A DNA stretch of 64,000 bases from Pedosphaera sp. (GCA_031414955.1 JANOQV010000164.1:1-64000), one strand, 5' to 3'; shown: positions 41,401-50,009, counted from the stretch's first letter. Numbers and translations are program-made. The notes: generated from the sequence alone by a model not told the origin.

Positions 41401-42310
41401 CTCGGTCTTCCCGTGCGGCACCAACACCGTGCTCTGCACCGCCACCGATGCCTGCGGCCTGAGCACCAACTGCTCGTTCCAGGTGGTGGTGGAGTGCGCG
41501 TGCCTGTCGGTCTCCAACGAGCAACTCACCTGTACGAACGGCGTGGCTGGGCAAATGAGTTACTCCTTCAACCTGTTCAACAATACCGGCATCCCGGTGA
41601 AGCGTGTGTTCATCGTGCCAGAAGACGTTTGCTTCACCGCCACGCCCGACATCATCACGCTGAATCCGATGCTGCCGGACGGCCAGAGCCGGAATCTGGA
41701 CACGGTCTTCCAAACCAGCGGGCTGTGCCCGACCAACCTCTGCTTCTGGGTGGTGGCGCTCGACTCGAACGGTGTCCAGTGCTGCGCCATCCGGCATTGC
41801 GTGGACCGCACGGCCGGCCCTCGTCTGGTGTCCGCGGTGCCGGACTGCGTGAGCAACAAGATCACAGTGACATTCAGCGAACCGCTCGATCCGGCCACGG
41901 TGCTCGCGATCCCGAATTTCATCGTGGACGATATGACACAGTTGAACTCACTGATCTATTCCAGCGTGACGTTCGGCCCTGACCTCAAGACCGTCTGCAT
42001 CTTCACCTCCGGCCCGTTGCACGCCGGATCAAACTACCGGCTGACGGTGAACAACGTGCGCGACACCTGCGGCAACCTGATCGCCCCCAATTCGCAGGTG
42101 AACTTCAATTGTCCCGGCTGTGTGTCCGGCCCATCAAGCATGACCATCAAGCTGGTCAGCGGAGAAATCGTCATCACCTGGACCGGCGATGGCCATCTGG
42201 AATGCGCCAGCACGGTGACTGGCCCGTGGTTGCCAGTGCCTGGCGCGACCAGTCCCTACACCACTCCGATCAGCGGGGCGAAACAGTTCTATCGTGTCGT
42301 ATGCCCGTAG
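38453..42310 (+). CDS. secreted Cys-rich modular protein: unknown head, HYR-like domains, one Cys-rich repeat, Ig-like domain, FYR tail
   Basis: signal peptide ending GQA; shares modules with 25780-31965; VTFSEPLD...YRLTVNNVRD..GNLI Ig-like domain; ends KQFYRVVCP; ATG at 38453. Confidence 0.85.
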   Translation: MQKTSVEIGAAASSSAGAWCKFRSTVLHKTLLGVLCLATLGVQPGQAGVPSIEIESAILTHQVQLIPASGSAADTCLNAGEQMSQGRANAFSDQWLNGPQIYALCPPWLGDSLLYPSIPLTAFAYPVPASGRSATIVVPVNFYQAEAGSSPWNLCLLQPAPVDYAVDSSVRLAGGRKYYLFDRLPFYTGTPPFVDRFPALNNRLVQEVPGVMQVRLLCPEVGNPLRTISAVRVAATLTTGPQAGQVQAEISSLASGASVLDDVLFVRGGETYDVSILYTSNTDDYLNKFTWGCVRNSITVPPNGPKFPVDCIGLPCLIDTIPACADGSFYYFGHIVGQADLLGGIIENPGTRIVADGGTYGNYRYGLLNPYLTASGGGPFLLTNVMALGGQNYRVYANMSFSISGQTEDFTTPCTTAHVDPCQTTDIGDKLVMNPGYVTGNILLKGFTDTVNCPCLDLLDRPGSRVRASGPCTGAAAVTFAGSTTAGTFSGSYNMALAGLKPASGFPDQSVWDPNVLALHFYDAGLGVNNNVTITDNLFANQTIVAGATINNDHEYCFSSVTFRFINSNPARPFSNPTISGNGSFGTVGTPAIDFLGNPAAYGVVVSGSGPSVAFPAYNEGSVKMCLPQGTYTVTPSMSYPEGGATAPNVTFTVGCNEKLIIDVLDSPSNCCDQCVAPYPLSYTVTVQPGFNFLVNHLCHGTNHLLDEVIPTVPDGTVLYKWNPVTQGFSSPSTYYVGIGWLDSGFSPSTDTLPPGEGFSLYNPGAAFSLTFEGCEPTCPPPCQPTPTNGCSLVGRIGIGTATYTNLYLCPPLCGTRVSIWNTTNQNFSDYNYVGGTWLPPLPLLPVGHSAFVCVTPNTNELAVICATNKTVECGQDWTFNPPTFGSNTCCGNNIVINIAATLTNLGPCVSTYTRIWQITDCFTNSLTCTQTVTAVDTTRPVIHCPTNMFVSGASATGAVVNYTVTATDNCGVPSILCVPPSGSVFPCGTNTVLCTATDACGLSTNCSFQVVVECACLSVSNEQLTCTNGVAGQMSYSFNLFNNTGIPVKRVFIVPEDVCFTATPDIITLNPMLPDGQSRNLDTVFQTSGLCPTNLCFWVVALDSNGVQCCAIRHCVDRTAGPRLVSAVPDCVSNKITVTFSEPLDPATVLAIPNFIVDDMTQLNSLIYSSVTFGPDLKTVCIFTSGPLHAGSNYRLTVNNVRDTCGNLIAPNSQVNFNCPGCVSGPSSMTIKLVSGEIVITWTGDGHLECASTVTGPWLPVPGATSPYTTPISGAKQFYRVVCP

Positions 42311-42654
42311 GCGAAGAAGCCAATCCGGCTGGCGGTGGCCAGCGATTCGGCCCGGCTCAATTGCTTTTGTGATTCGCCAGCCCGCCGGGAAGGCGGAAGT
42401 GCCCTTCTCGATGGGCTGGTAATCAAGATTTGCCCGGCCGGAACGCTTCAGGCCAGAGCTGCGGTCCACCAACCCGGTGTGGAACGCAGCCGGTCCAACC
42501 ACCGCGCACCGGCGGAAGAATGTTCCACGCTTCAGGCGCATAATTCGTGAGCGGCGGTGACTCCTGAAGTCTCCTCCGGAGCAAAAAGGCATTTCGGGTG
42601 ATTTCCCACCACATGAAACTTGTTCCCGCCCCTCGCAGTGCTACCGTCCCGCCC

Positions 42655-43680
42655 GTGAGCGCATCCGATCAGTCTGAACGCAAGCCTCTCAAGATGGTGG
42701 AATGCGGCGGGTGCAGAGCGAAAATCTTCATCCCGTCCGACCTTCAGCCCTTCGAGAGCATTCCCTGCACGCGTTGTGGGCATCCCGTCTTGATGCCCAT
42801 GCAGTTCCGCCAGTTCGAGCTGCGCTCCATCATTGCCTCGGGCGGCATGGGCACGGTGTATCGCGCCTGGGACTTGATGCTGCACCGCGAGGTCGCGGTG
42901 AAGATGCTCAAACGCGAAATGGCCGAGGACGAGGAGGTGCTCCAGAGTTTTTATCGCGAGGCCCGGGCCAGCGCTTCGCTCAACCACACCAACATCATCC
43001 ACATCTATACCTTCGATGAAGCCGAAGGGCAGCCCTACCTGGTGATGGAACTGGCCGATACGGATAGCCTGGACAAACAGATCGAGCGCGAGGGCCGCGT
43101 GCCGGAATTGCGCGTGCTGGACGTGGCCATCAAGATCGCCTCGGCACTCGACACCGCCCTCAAGCGCAACCTGCTCCATCGCGACATCAAGCCCGGCAAC
43201 ATCCTCTTCAATGCCGACGGCGAGCCAAAGCTGGTCGATTTCGGACTGGCCCGGGACGCCGAGGATGAATCCGCCGACCAATCCGTGATTTGGGGCACGC
43301 CTTACTACGTGGCTCCGGAGAAAATCCGGCGCGAGCGCGAGAATTTCCACTCGGACATGTATTCGCTCGGCGGCACGCTTTACCATGCCATCACCGGCCA
43401 TGTGCCCTTCGAGGCCCCGACGGTGGAGGAAGTCATCTCGGCCCACGTCAACACGCCCCTCACCCCGCCGAACGAAGTGGTGCCCGAAATCACCCCAGCC
43501 ACTAGCGAAGCCATCCACATTGCCCTGGCCAAGAATCCGCAGGAACGCTTTCGCACTTACGACGAGTTCATCATGGCCTTCGAGGCGGCGCGCAGCCAGT
43601 TGCTCATGCAACAACTCCAGGCCCAGCAGGAGACCGGAGAGGGCGGCGAGGGCCAGGGCAAAGGTTGGTGGAAGCGCTAG
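42655..43680 (+). CDS. soluble Ser/Thr protein kinase with N-terminal Zn ribbon
   Basis: CGGC...CTRC; GGMGTVY, VAVK, HRDIKPGN, DFG, GTPYYVAPE; start uncertain (GTG 42655 or ATG 42613). Confidence 0.9.
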   Translation: MSASDQSERKPLKMVECGGCRAKIFIPSDLQPFESIPCTRCGHPVLMPMQFRQFELRSIIASGGMGTVYRAWDLMLHREVAVKMLKREMAEDEEVLQSFYREARASASLNHTNIIHIYTFDEAEGQPYLVMELADTDSLDKQIEREGRVPELRVLDVAIKIASALDTALKRNLLHRDIKPGNILFNADGEPKLVDFGLARDAEDESADQSVIWGTPYYVAPEKIRRERENFHSDMYSLGGTLYHAITGHVPFEAPTVEEVISAHVNTPLTPPNEVVPEITPATSEAIHIALAKNPQERFRTYDEFIMAFEAARSQLLMQQLQAQQETGEGGEGQGKGWWKR

Positions 43681-43815
43681 TCCGTTCAACCCAAGGCGAC
43701 TTCCGGCGACCGTGGCGGGACGGCAACCCGAAGGTCGCGGCGGAGAAAACACGAAGTGCCAGCCCGGTCCTATTTAGGATTTGCTTCCCCCTCTGCGGCG
43801 CGACGTAATGCGCCG

Positions 43816-44910
43816 GTGCCGAAACGAAAACCCAGTCCGTTCATCATCCCCAAGACGATGCAGGCCGTGGTCTATCGGGGTGTCGATGACTTGCGGTTGG
43901 AGACCTTGCCTGTCCCGCGCACCGGCCCGCACGAATTACTGGTCCAAGTCGCGGCCTGCGGAGTTTGCCCGACGGACATCAAAAAAATCCACCACGGCAC
44001 CGTGCCGCCGCCGCGCGTGTTTGGACACGAGACGGCCGGGACCATTGTCAAAGTCGGCGCGCGGGTGCGCGGCTTCCGGGTGGGCGAGCGCGTGGCCCTG
44101 CACCATCATGTGCCCTGTCTCGACTGCCACGCCTGCCGCCACCGCTCCTTTGCCCAGTGCGCCCAGTATAAACAGACCGGCATCACCGCCGGCTTCGCGC
44201 CGGCCGGTGGCGGCTACGCGGAGTATGTCCGCGTCATGCGCTTCGTGCTGCCCGGGGTGGTGAAGATTCCGCGCGGCAACACCTTTGAAGAAGGCGCGAT
44301 GCTGGAACCGGTCAACACGGTGCTCAAGGCCGTCCATCGCCTGGCGCTCTTGCGCGGCGACACGGTGCTGGTCGTCGGGCAGGGACCGATCGGCCTGTTG
44401 TTTACCAAGATTCTCGAACGGCGCGGCGTGCGCGTCATTGCGGCGGACTTGCTGCCCAAACGACTGCCCCTGGCCCGCCGCTTCGGTGCGGCCCAGGTGT
44501 TTTGCGGATCGAACCTGGCCGAGGTTTCGCGGCTGCTGCCCCGCCGTGCCGTCGTGGATGCCGCCATCGTGACGGCTCCCTCGGACGAGGCGGTGCGCCA
44601 GGCCCATGAATTGGTCCGACCGGGAGGAGCCATCATGCTCTTTGCCCATACGAACAAAGGTCGCGAGACAGAGATCGATCTCTCGAAGGTCTGCGCGGAA
44701 GAGAAGGAATTGCTGGGCAGTTACTCGGCCGATTTCACTCTGCAAAAAGAAGTTGCCGCCCTGGTTTTCTCCCGCGCATTGGACATCCGGCCGCTCGTCA
44801 CGCACCGCTTCCCGCTCCGGGATACGGCCGAGGCCGTTGCTTTGGCCAGCCGCCCCACGGCGTCATCGCTCAAAGTGATGGTGGTGCGGGCCGCAGCCGC
44901 ACCGCCATAG
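43816..44910 (+). CDS. Zn-dependent alcohol/sugar-alcohol dehydrogenase (MDR family)
   Basis: CGVCPTD, GHETAG, CLDCHAC..C, VVGQGPIG; start uncertain. Confidence 0.9.
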   Translation: MPKRKPSPFIIPKTMQAVVYRGVDDLRLETLPVPRTGPHELLVQVAACGVCPTDIKKIHHGTVPPPRVFGHETAGTIVKVGARVRGFRVGERVALHHHVPCLDCHACRHRSFAQCAQYKQTGITAGFAPAGGGYAEYVRVMRFVLPGVVKIPRGNTFEEGAMLEPVNTVLKAVHRLALLRGDTVLVVGQGPIGLLFTKILERRGVRVIAADLLPKRLPLARRFGAAQVFCGSNLAEVSRLLPRRAVVDAAIVTAPSDEAVRQAHELVRPGGAIMLFAHTNKGRETEIDLSKVCAEEKELLGSYSADFTLQKEVAALVFSRALDIRPLVTHRFPLRDTAEAVALASRPTASSLKVMVVRAAAAPP

Positions 44911-44940
44911 GCTCAGGGGGAAATCAACGACGGGCCCCGC

Positions 44941-46587
44941 TTACTTCATCTTCTCCAAACAGTGAGTCAGGAAGGGAAGCAACTGCTTCTTGCGCGAGAC
45001 GACCCCGGCCAGGCCGTAGATGCCCGGCTCGACTTCGGGATAGTCGATCTCGCGGTGGAAGGCCTCGGAGCCGGCCACCAGCAGCAGGGAAAACTGATCC
45101 ACCACATCGGTGACGAGCAGGGCGGAAAAGAAATGGTTGCGCGTGCGGCGATACTCCTCGAGGGCGCGCAGCACGTCGTCCTTGCGCTTCCAGAACTGGT
45201 CGAAGCCGATCTCCTCGATCTGGGCCACGCTGAAGGTGCGCCCCAATTCCCGGTACTCCTTGCAGTCGTTGGTCACGGCCTGCGCGGCGGGCCGGGAGAC
45301 GAGCACCGAGCCGGAGGCGAACAGTTTCTCGGTGAACTCGCGCGCGTTCACTCCGGAGATTTTTTCCAGCCGGGCCAGAATCTGCACGTCGTGGTCGGTG
45401 GTGGTGGGCGAGGTGAGGTTCAAGGTGTCCGAGACCAGCCCGGCCAGCAGCAGCCCGGCGATGGGCTTGGGCAACTCGACGCCATAACGGAAGAATGACC
45501 CGGCCACGATGGTGCTGGTCGAACCGACCGGCTCGTTGACGAAGAGAATCGGCTGGCGCGTGGTGATGGAGCCGATGCGGTGGTGGTCGAGGATTTCGAG
45601 AATCTCCACCTGATCCGCGCCCGGCACGGCCTGGGAAAGTTCGTTGTGGTCCACGAGGATGAGGCGCCGGTTGACCTTCTTCAGAAAGTCCGACTTGGAG
45701 AGCACGCCGACCATGCGGTGCTGCGCGTCCACCACGGGGAAGGCCTGGAAGTTGGAACCGGCGGCGGTGCGCTCGGCCACGGCCAGCAACTCGTCCTCGC
45801 GCATGGTCACGAACTCTTCGTGAATCATGTGCCGGATGGAGATGGCGGCGCGGCAGAGCATGGCGGTGGTCGCGGTGTCGTGGGGGGAGATGAGCAGCGT
45901 GACGCCCTGCTTGGCCGCGTAATCAACCATGGCCATCGAGACCGGCAGACCGCCGGTGACGATGATACAGCGCACGCCTTCGCGAATGGCGAGGTCCTGG
46001 ATGTCCACGCGATTGCCGACCACGACGATGAGTTTGGAGTGGTCGTACTTTTGGAGGCGCTCGGCGAAGGATTCGAGATTCATCGCGCCGATCATCAGCA
46101 CAAGATCCTCCTCCTGGTCGGGGTTGACGCTGAAGACAATTTTTGCGCCCACGGTCGCGGCCAGGTTGTTCATCGAGGCCAGCACGCGCCGCGAATCGAA
46201 GAGCCGGCTCGGGGTGGGGAAGAAGAACTTGGTCATCTTCATCACCGAGACGAGACCCTTGCACACGCCTTCCTCCAGCACCGGCAGCACGCGGATGTTG
46301 TGTTCATCCATCACGCCGAGCGCCACCGCCACGGTGGCGTGGAGAGGCACGCTGACGACTTGGGACACCATCACGTCGCGCACCTTGGGCGAAACGTCGG
46401 CCACGAACTTGGGCGCCGGCACGCCGAAGGTCTCGAGCACGAAGTCGATGCGCTCGTTGGTGTCGCCGCAGCGCGCGGCAATGGCCCCGGGCAGGCCGGT
46501 GCGGCGTTTGAACTCCGCGTAACCGATGGCGGAGCAGATGGCGTCCGTGTCGGGATTGCGATGACCGATGACTAATACTTCACTCAT
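44941..46587 (-). CDS. ppaC: Mn-dependent family II inorganic pyrophosphatase with CBS-DRTGG-CBS insert
   Basis: GHRNPDTDAICSAI, LVDHNE, ILDHH, EPVGSTST, SDTL, VSRKKQ. Confidence 0.93.
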   Translation of the reverse strand: MSEVLVIGHRNPDTDAICSAIGYAEFKRRTGLPGAIAARCGDTNERIDFVLETFGVPAPKFVADVSPKVRDVMVSQVVSVPLHATVAVALGVMDEHNIRVLPVLEEGVCKGLVSVMKMTKFFFPTPSRLFDSRRVLASMNNLAATVGAKIVFSVNPDQEEDLVLMIGAMNLESFAERLQKYDHSKLIVVVGNRVDIQDLAIREGVRCIIVTGGLPVSMAMVDYAAKQGVTLLISPHDTATTAMLCRAAISIRHMIHEEFVTMREDELLAVAERTAAGSNFQAFPVVDAQHRMVGVLSKSDFLKKVNRRLILVDHNELSQAVPGADQVEILEILDHHRIGSITTRQPILFVNEPVGSTSTIVAGSFFRYGVELPKPIAGLLLAGLVSDTLNLTSPTTTDHDVQILARLEKISGVNAREFTEKLFASGSVLVSRPAAQAVTNDCKEYRELGRTFSVAQIEEIGFDQFWKRKDDVLRALEEYRRTRNHFFSALLVTDVVDQFSLLLVAGSEAFHREIDYPEVEPGIYGLAGVVSRKKQLLPFLTHCLEKMK

Positions 46588-46653
46588 GTGGCGGGCGGGA
46601 AAGTAGAAGGAGCGCGGGGGAAGCGGCAAGGAAAGTCGTGCTGGGCCGCCCAT

Positions 46654-46787
46654 AAACTCCAAACCCCAAATCCCAAACTCCAAATAAACTCCAAGCCCCC
46701 AGATCCTAATCGCATCTGCCTCCCGGAACAGGTTCCGGTTGGAGTTCGGGCTGTTGGAGCTTATTTGGAGTTTGGGATTTGGAGTTT
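46654..46787. repeat. intergenic inverted repeat built from CCAAACT/CCAAATC heptamers
   Basis: 46661-46694 and 46754-46787 are reverse complements at 32 of 34 positions. Confidence 0.85.
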
Positions 46788-46851
46788 GAATCTTGCCTGC
46801 ACGGTCTGTGAAATCTTGCGCCCCTCCAGCGCCGCCCCTTTAATCGCCGCC

Positions 46852-47625
46852 GTGCCGACCAAAGTCATCGCCGTAGCCAACCAGAAAGGCGGCGTGGGTA
46901 AAACCACCACCGCCGTGAACGTGGCCGCCTGCCTGGCGGCCGCCGGAAAAACGGTTCTCCTGCTGGACATCGACCCGCAGGCCAACGCGACCAGCGGCGT
47001 GGGCCTGGAAAAGATCGAGGGCGCGAGCGCCTACTCGCCGCTGCTGGGCGAAGGTTTGCTGGCGGACAAGATCAAGAAGACCGCCTTCGAGCGACTCTCC
47101 ATCGTGCCGAGCGAAGTCGATTTGTGCAGCGCGGAACTGGAGCTGGTCCGGACGGAAAACCATTTGCACCGCGCCCGCCTGGCGCTGGAGCCGGTGCGCG
47201 CCAGCGGGCAGTTCGACCTCGTGATCATCGATTGCGCGCCCTCGTTGGGCATCCTGACGCTGAACGCCTTCGCCGCCGCCGACAGCCTGCTGGTGCCGTT
47301 GCAGTGCGAGTATTACGCGCTGGAGGGCATGTCGATGATTCACCGGGTCATGGGCCAGTTGCGCGACTCGGGCGTGAACACCGGACTGGTGCTGCTCGGC
47401 GTGGTGATGACGATGTACGACGGTCGCACCAATCTCTCCCAGCAGGTGGTGAGCGAAGTGCGGAAGCATTTCGGTCCGGCGGTCTTCGACACGGTCATCC
47501 CGCGCACGACGCGACTGGCCGAGGCTCCCAGCCACGGCCAGCCCATCATCCACTACGACAAATACAGCGCGGGCGCGGCGGCCTACGAAGTGTTGACGCA
47601 GGAAGTGCTCGCGCGCCTGGGCTGA
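46852..47625 (+). CDS. parA: ParA/Soj family ATPase
   Basis: ANQKGGVGKTTT, DIDPQANAT, IDCAPSLG, PLQCEYYALEG, LAEAPSHG; GTG start. Confidence 0.93.
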   Translation: MPTKVIAVANQKGGVGKTTTAVNVAACLAAAGKTVLLLDIDPQANATSGVGLEKIEGASAYSPLLGEGLLADKIKKTAFERLSIVPSEVDLCSAELELVRTENHLHRARLALEPVRASGQFDLVIIDCAPSLGILTLNAFAAADSLLVPLQCEYYALEGMSMIHRVMGQLRDSGVNTGLVLLGVVMTMYDGRTNLSQQVVSEVRKHFGPAVFDTVIPRTTRLAEAPSHGQPIIHYDKYSAGAAAYEVLTQEVLARLG

Positions 47626-48290
47626 TGCCAAGGGAATCGCTCCAGCAGAAAACAGCCCGCACGCAAAAAATCATTGCGGCGCTGCAAGCCACCTACCCTG
47701 ACGCCCATTGCGAGTTGAACCACCGCAGCCCGCTGGAGTTGCTCATCGCCACCATCCTCTCGGCCCAATGCACCGACAAACAGGTGAACATCGTGACCGC
47801 GGACTTGTTCAAAAAGTACCGGACCGCGCCGGACTACGCCCACGCCGCGCCGTCGGAGTTCGAGCAGGACATCCGGCGCATCGGGCTGTTCCGGGCCAAG
47901 GCGAAGAACATTCAAGCCTGCTGCCGCGCGCTGATCGAGGATCATGGCGGTGAAGTGCCGCGCACCATGGAGGCACTCACCGCGCTGGGCGGGGTCGGGC
48001 GCAAGACGGCCAACGTGGTGCTCGGCAACGCCTTCCACATCAATGCCGGCGTGGTGGTTGATACCCACGTCGGGCGGCTCTCGAACCGGCTCGGGCTGAC
48101 GAAACAAACTTCGGCGGAAAAGGTGGAGCAGGATTTGCAGAAGCTGATCCCACGCGAGCAATGGTGCCAGTTCAGCCACTGGCTCATCTGGCATGGACGA
48201 CGACGGTGCGCCGCGCGCTCGCCCGACTGCCGGCAGTGCGAAGTCGCGACCTTGTGCCCAAAGTGGGGAGTTCTTTTGGCCCGGCCATGA
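47625..48290 (+). CDS. nth: endonuclease III
   Basis: LLIATILSAQCTD, HhH LGGVGRKTANV, VDTHV, C-x6-C-x2-C-x5-C. Confidence 0.95.
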   Translation: MPRESLQQKTARTQKIIAALQATYPDAHCELNHRSPLELLIATILSAQCTDKQVNIVTADLFKKYRTAPDYAHAAPSEFEQDIRRIGLFRAKAKNIQACCRALIEDHGGEVPRTMEALTALGGVGRKTANVVLGNAFHINAGVVVDTHVGRLSNRLGLTKQTSAEKVEQDLQKLIPREQWCQFSHWLIWHGRRRCAARSPDCRQCEVATLCPKWGVLLARP

Positions 48291-48985
48291 ATGCGGGCGC
48301 GAGGAACCCCTGGCTGCTGCTCGACACTGGAACGGGCGACAGCGCCTTCAACATGGCACTCGACGAGGCGCTCCTGGAGTTCGCGCCGGAAACAAACCAG
48401 CCCGTGCTGCGCTTTTACGGCTGGACCCAGCCGGCCGCGTCGTTCGGATACTTCCAGCACATCGCCGACCTCGAGGGGGCGACTCACTTGCGCCCGCTCG
48501 TGCGACGTCCCACCGGAGGCGGACTGGTGCCCCACGATCTGGACTGGACCTACAGCGTAGTCATCCCCCCAAGCCATCCATGGTACGAATTACGCGCGAC
48601 CGAGAGCTACGAGCGGATGCACCTCTGGATTCAATCCGCCTTTGGGACGCTGGGGGTGGCGACCGATCTGGCCACCGATTGCCGCCAAGAAGTTCCGGGG
48701 CAGTGCTTCGCCGGCTACGAGAAGTCTGATGTCCTGCGGCTGGGCCGGAAACTCGCCGGGGCCGCGCAGCGACGCACCAAGGCCGGGTTGCTAATCCAGG
48801 GTTCCATCCAGCCGCCCCCGCCGGGCATGGCGCGGGTTTCATGGCAGGACGCGATGATTCAATTCGCCGCGTCCGCGTGGTCTTTCAACTTCGAGAAGCT
48901 GGTCTTGCCACCGGCTCTTCAGGCCCGGACGGAACTGCTGGCGAGGGGCAAATTTTCCCGCGACGAACACAACCGGCGGCGCTGA
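48287..48985 (+). CDS. lipoate-protein ligase A / LipM family protein
   Basis: NMALDEALL, LRFYGW, FGYFQ, VRRPTGGG, KLAGAAQRR. Confidence 0.88.
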   Translation: MNAGARNPWLLLDTGTGDSAFNMALDEALLEFAPETNQPVLRFYGWTQPAASFGYFQHIADLEGATHLRPLVRRPTGGGLVPHDLDWTYSVVIPPSHPWYELRATESYERMHLWIQSAFGTLGVATDLATDCRQEVPGQCFAGYEKSDVLRLGRKLAGAAQRRTKAGLLIQGSIQPPPPGMARVSWQDAMIQFAASAWSFNFEKLVLPPALQARTELLARGKFSRDEHNRRR

Positions 48986-49060
48986 ATTATTTTGTGATGG
49001 CACGCAGACAGCCGTCCACCGGCGGCTGACTTGGGCGAAGGGGGCCAGCTTGAGCTTAAT

Positions 49061-49265
49061 CCGAATTCCGAAGCCGGAATGGCGGGCTGGCCGCGGGCAC
49101 GCCGCATCCCTCATCGGAGCGCGGGTTTTCAACCCGCAGCAGGTCGCTCACGCAGAGCCTCGAAATATTTCCTGCGACTTCCGCCCCGGCCACACGCGGC
49201 GGGTTGAAAACCCGCGCTCCAGGGCCAGGCCACTGGCCGGGCTGAGGTCCGACTTCGGAATTCGG
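49061..49265. mobile_element. MITE-like element with outer 18-bp inverted repeats enclosing a REPIN-like palindrome
   Basis: outer CCGAATTCCGAAGCCGGA / TCCGACTTCGGAATTCGG (17/18); inner perfect 22-bp IR GGAGCGCGGGTTTTCAACCCGC at 49116-49137 and 49199-49220. Confidence 0.7.
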
Positions 49266-49287
49266 GCTTAAGCAACCGTCTCCGAAA

Positions 49288-49917
49288 CTACTTCGCCTCC
49301 GCTGCGCTCGTGTTCCACTCGAAGGTGATCTTCACGTCGTCGGCGGTGGTGATGAGACCGAAGGAAATTTTCGGCGAGGGCGGCTGGATGCCGAAGCTGG
49401 TCATCTTGACGCTGGCCGTGCCGGTGGCTTTGAGCGACTTGCCGGCGCGAGTCATGGTCACGGGAAAGGCCACCTTGTTGGTCACACCGGCCACGGCCAG
49501 TTCGCCCTTGCTCTCGAGCAGAATCGGGCCTTCGGCAGACTTGGGCGTCTCCTTCAAGGTCAGCTCGGTGAGGCGATATTCGATCTTGGGATGCACCGGC
49601 TGCTTCATGGCGGCGTGCATCACCGAGTCCATGCTGCTCTTGCCGCTCTTGAGCGTGCGGACGGGCATGGAGGTCTCGACCTTGGCGGCGATCTTACCCG
49701 GCGCGGCCTTGGTCGGGTCAGAGGCAAACGCGGCGTCCAGTTCCATGGTGCCGGCGATGATGCCGCCTTCCACGGCCCAGTCGTGAATGTTCGAGGTGCC
49801 GTCGATCTTCACCTTACTGCCGGGCTGGCTGTCGAACTTGGCGAGATCGGCGGCCGTGAGCGAAGCGGCGCAGGCCAGCGCGAGCGCGCCGAGGCTGAGA
49901 GTGCGGAGTGTTTTCAT
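49288..49917 (-). CDS. YceI-family periplasmic lipid/polyisoprenoid-binding protein
   Basis: signal peptide; GTSNIHDW, GELAVAGVT, MTSFGIQPP, DDVKITF. Confidence 0.85.
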   Translation of the reverse strand: MKTLRTLSLGALALACAASLTAADLAKFDSQPGSKVKIDGTSNIHDWAVEGGIIAGTMELDAAFASDPTKAAPGKIAAKVETSMPVRTLKSGKSSMDSVMHAAMKQPVHPKIEYRLTELTLKETPKSAEGPILLESKGELAVAGVTNKVAFPVTMTRAGKSLKATGTASVKMTSFGIQPPSPKISFGLITTADDVKITFEWNTSAAEAK

Positions 49918-50009
49918 AATCAAATCAGTTTCAATGGTTGCTGAGTGGACGCGCCCCGAAGCGGAACATTTCAAATGTCTTCGCCTGGAGACCGCGGCCA
50001 CAGTTTCGG

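Noticed and set aside
42371..42492. Two imperfect hairpins downstream of the secreted-protein array
   Set aside because: No poly-T tail and no second copy; cannot be distinguished from background in GC-rich DNA.
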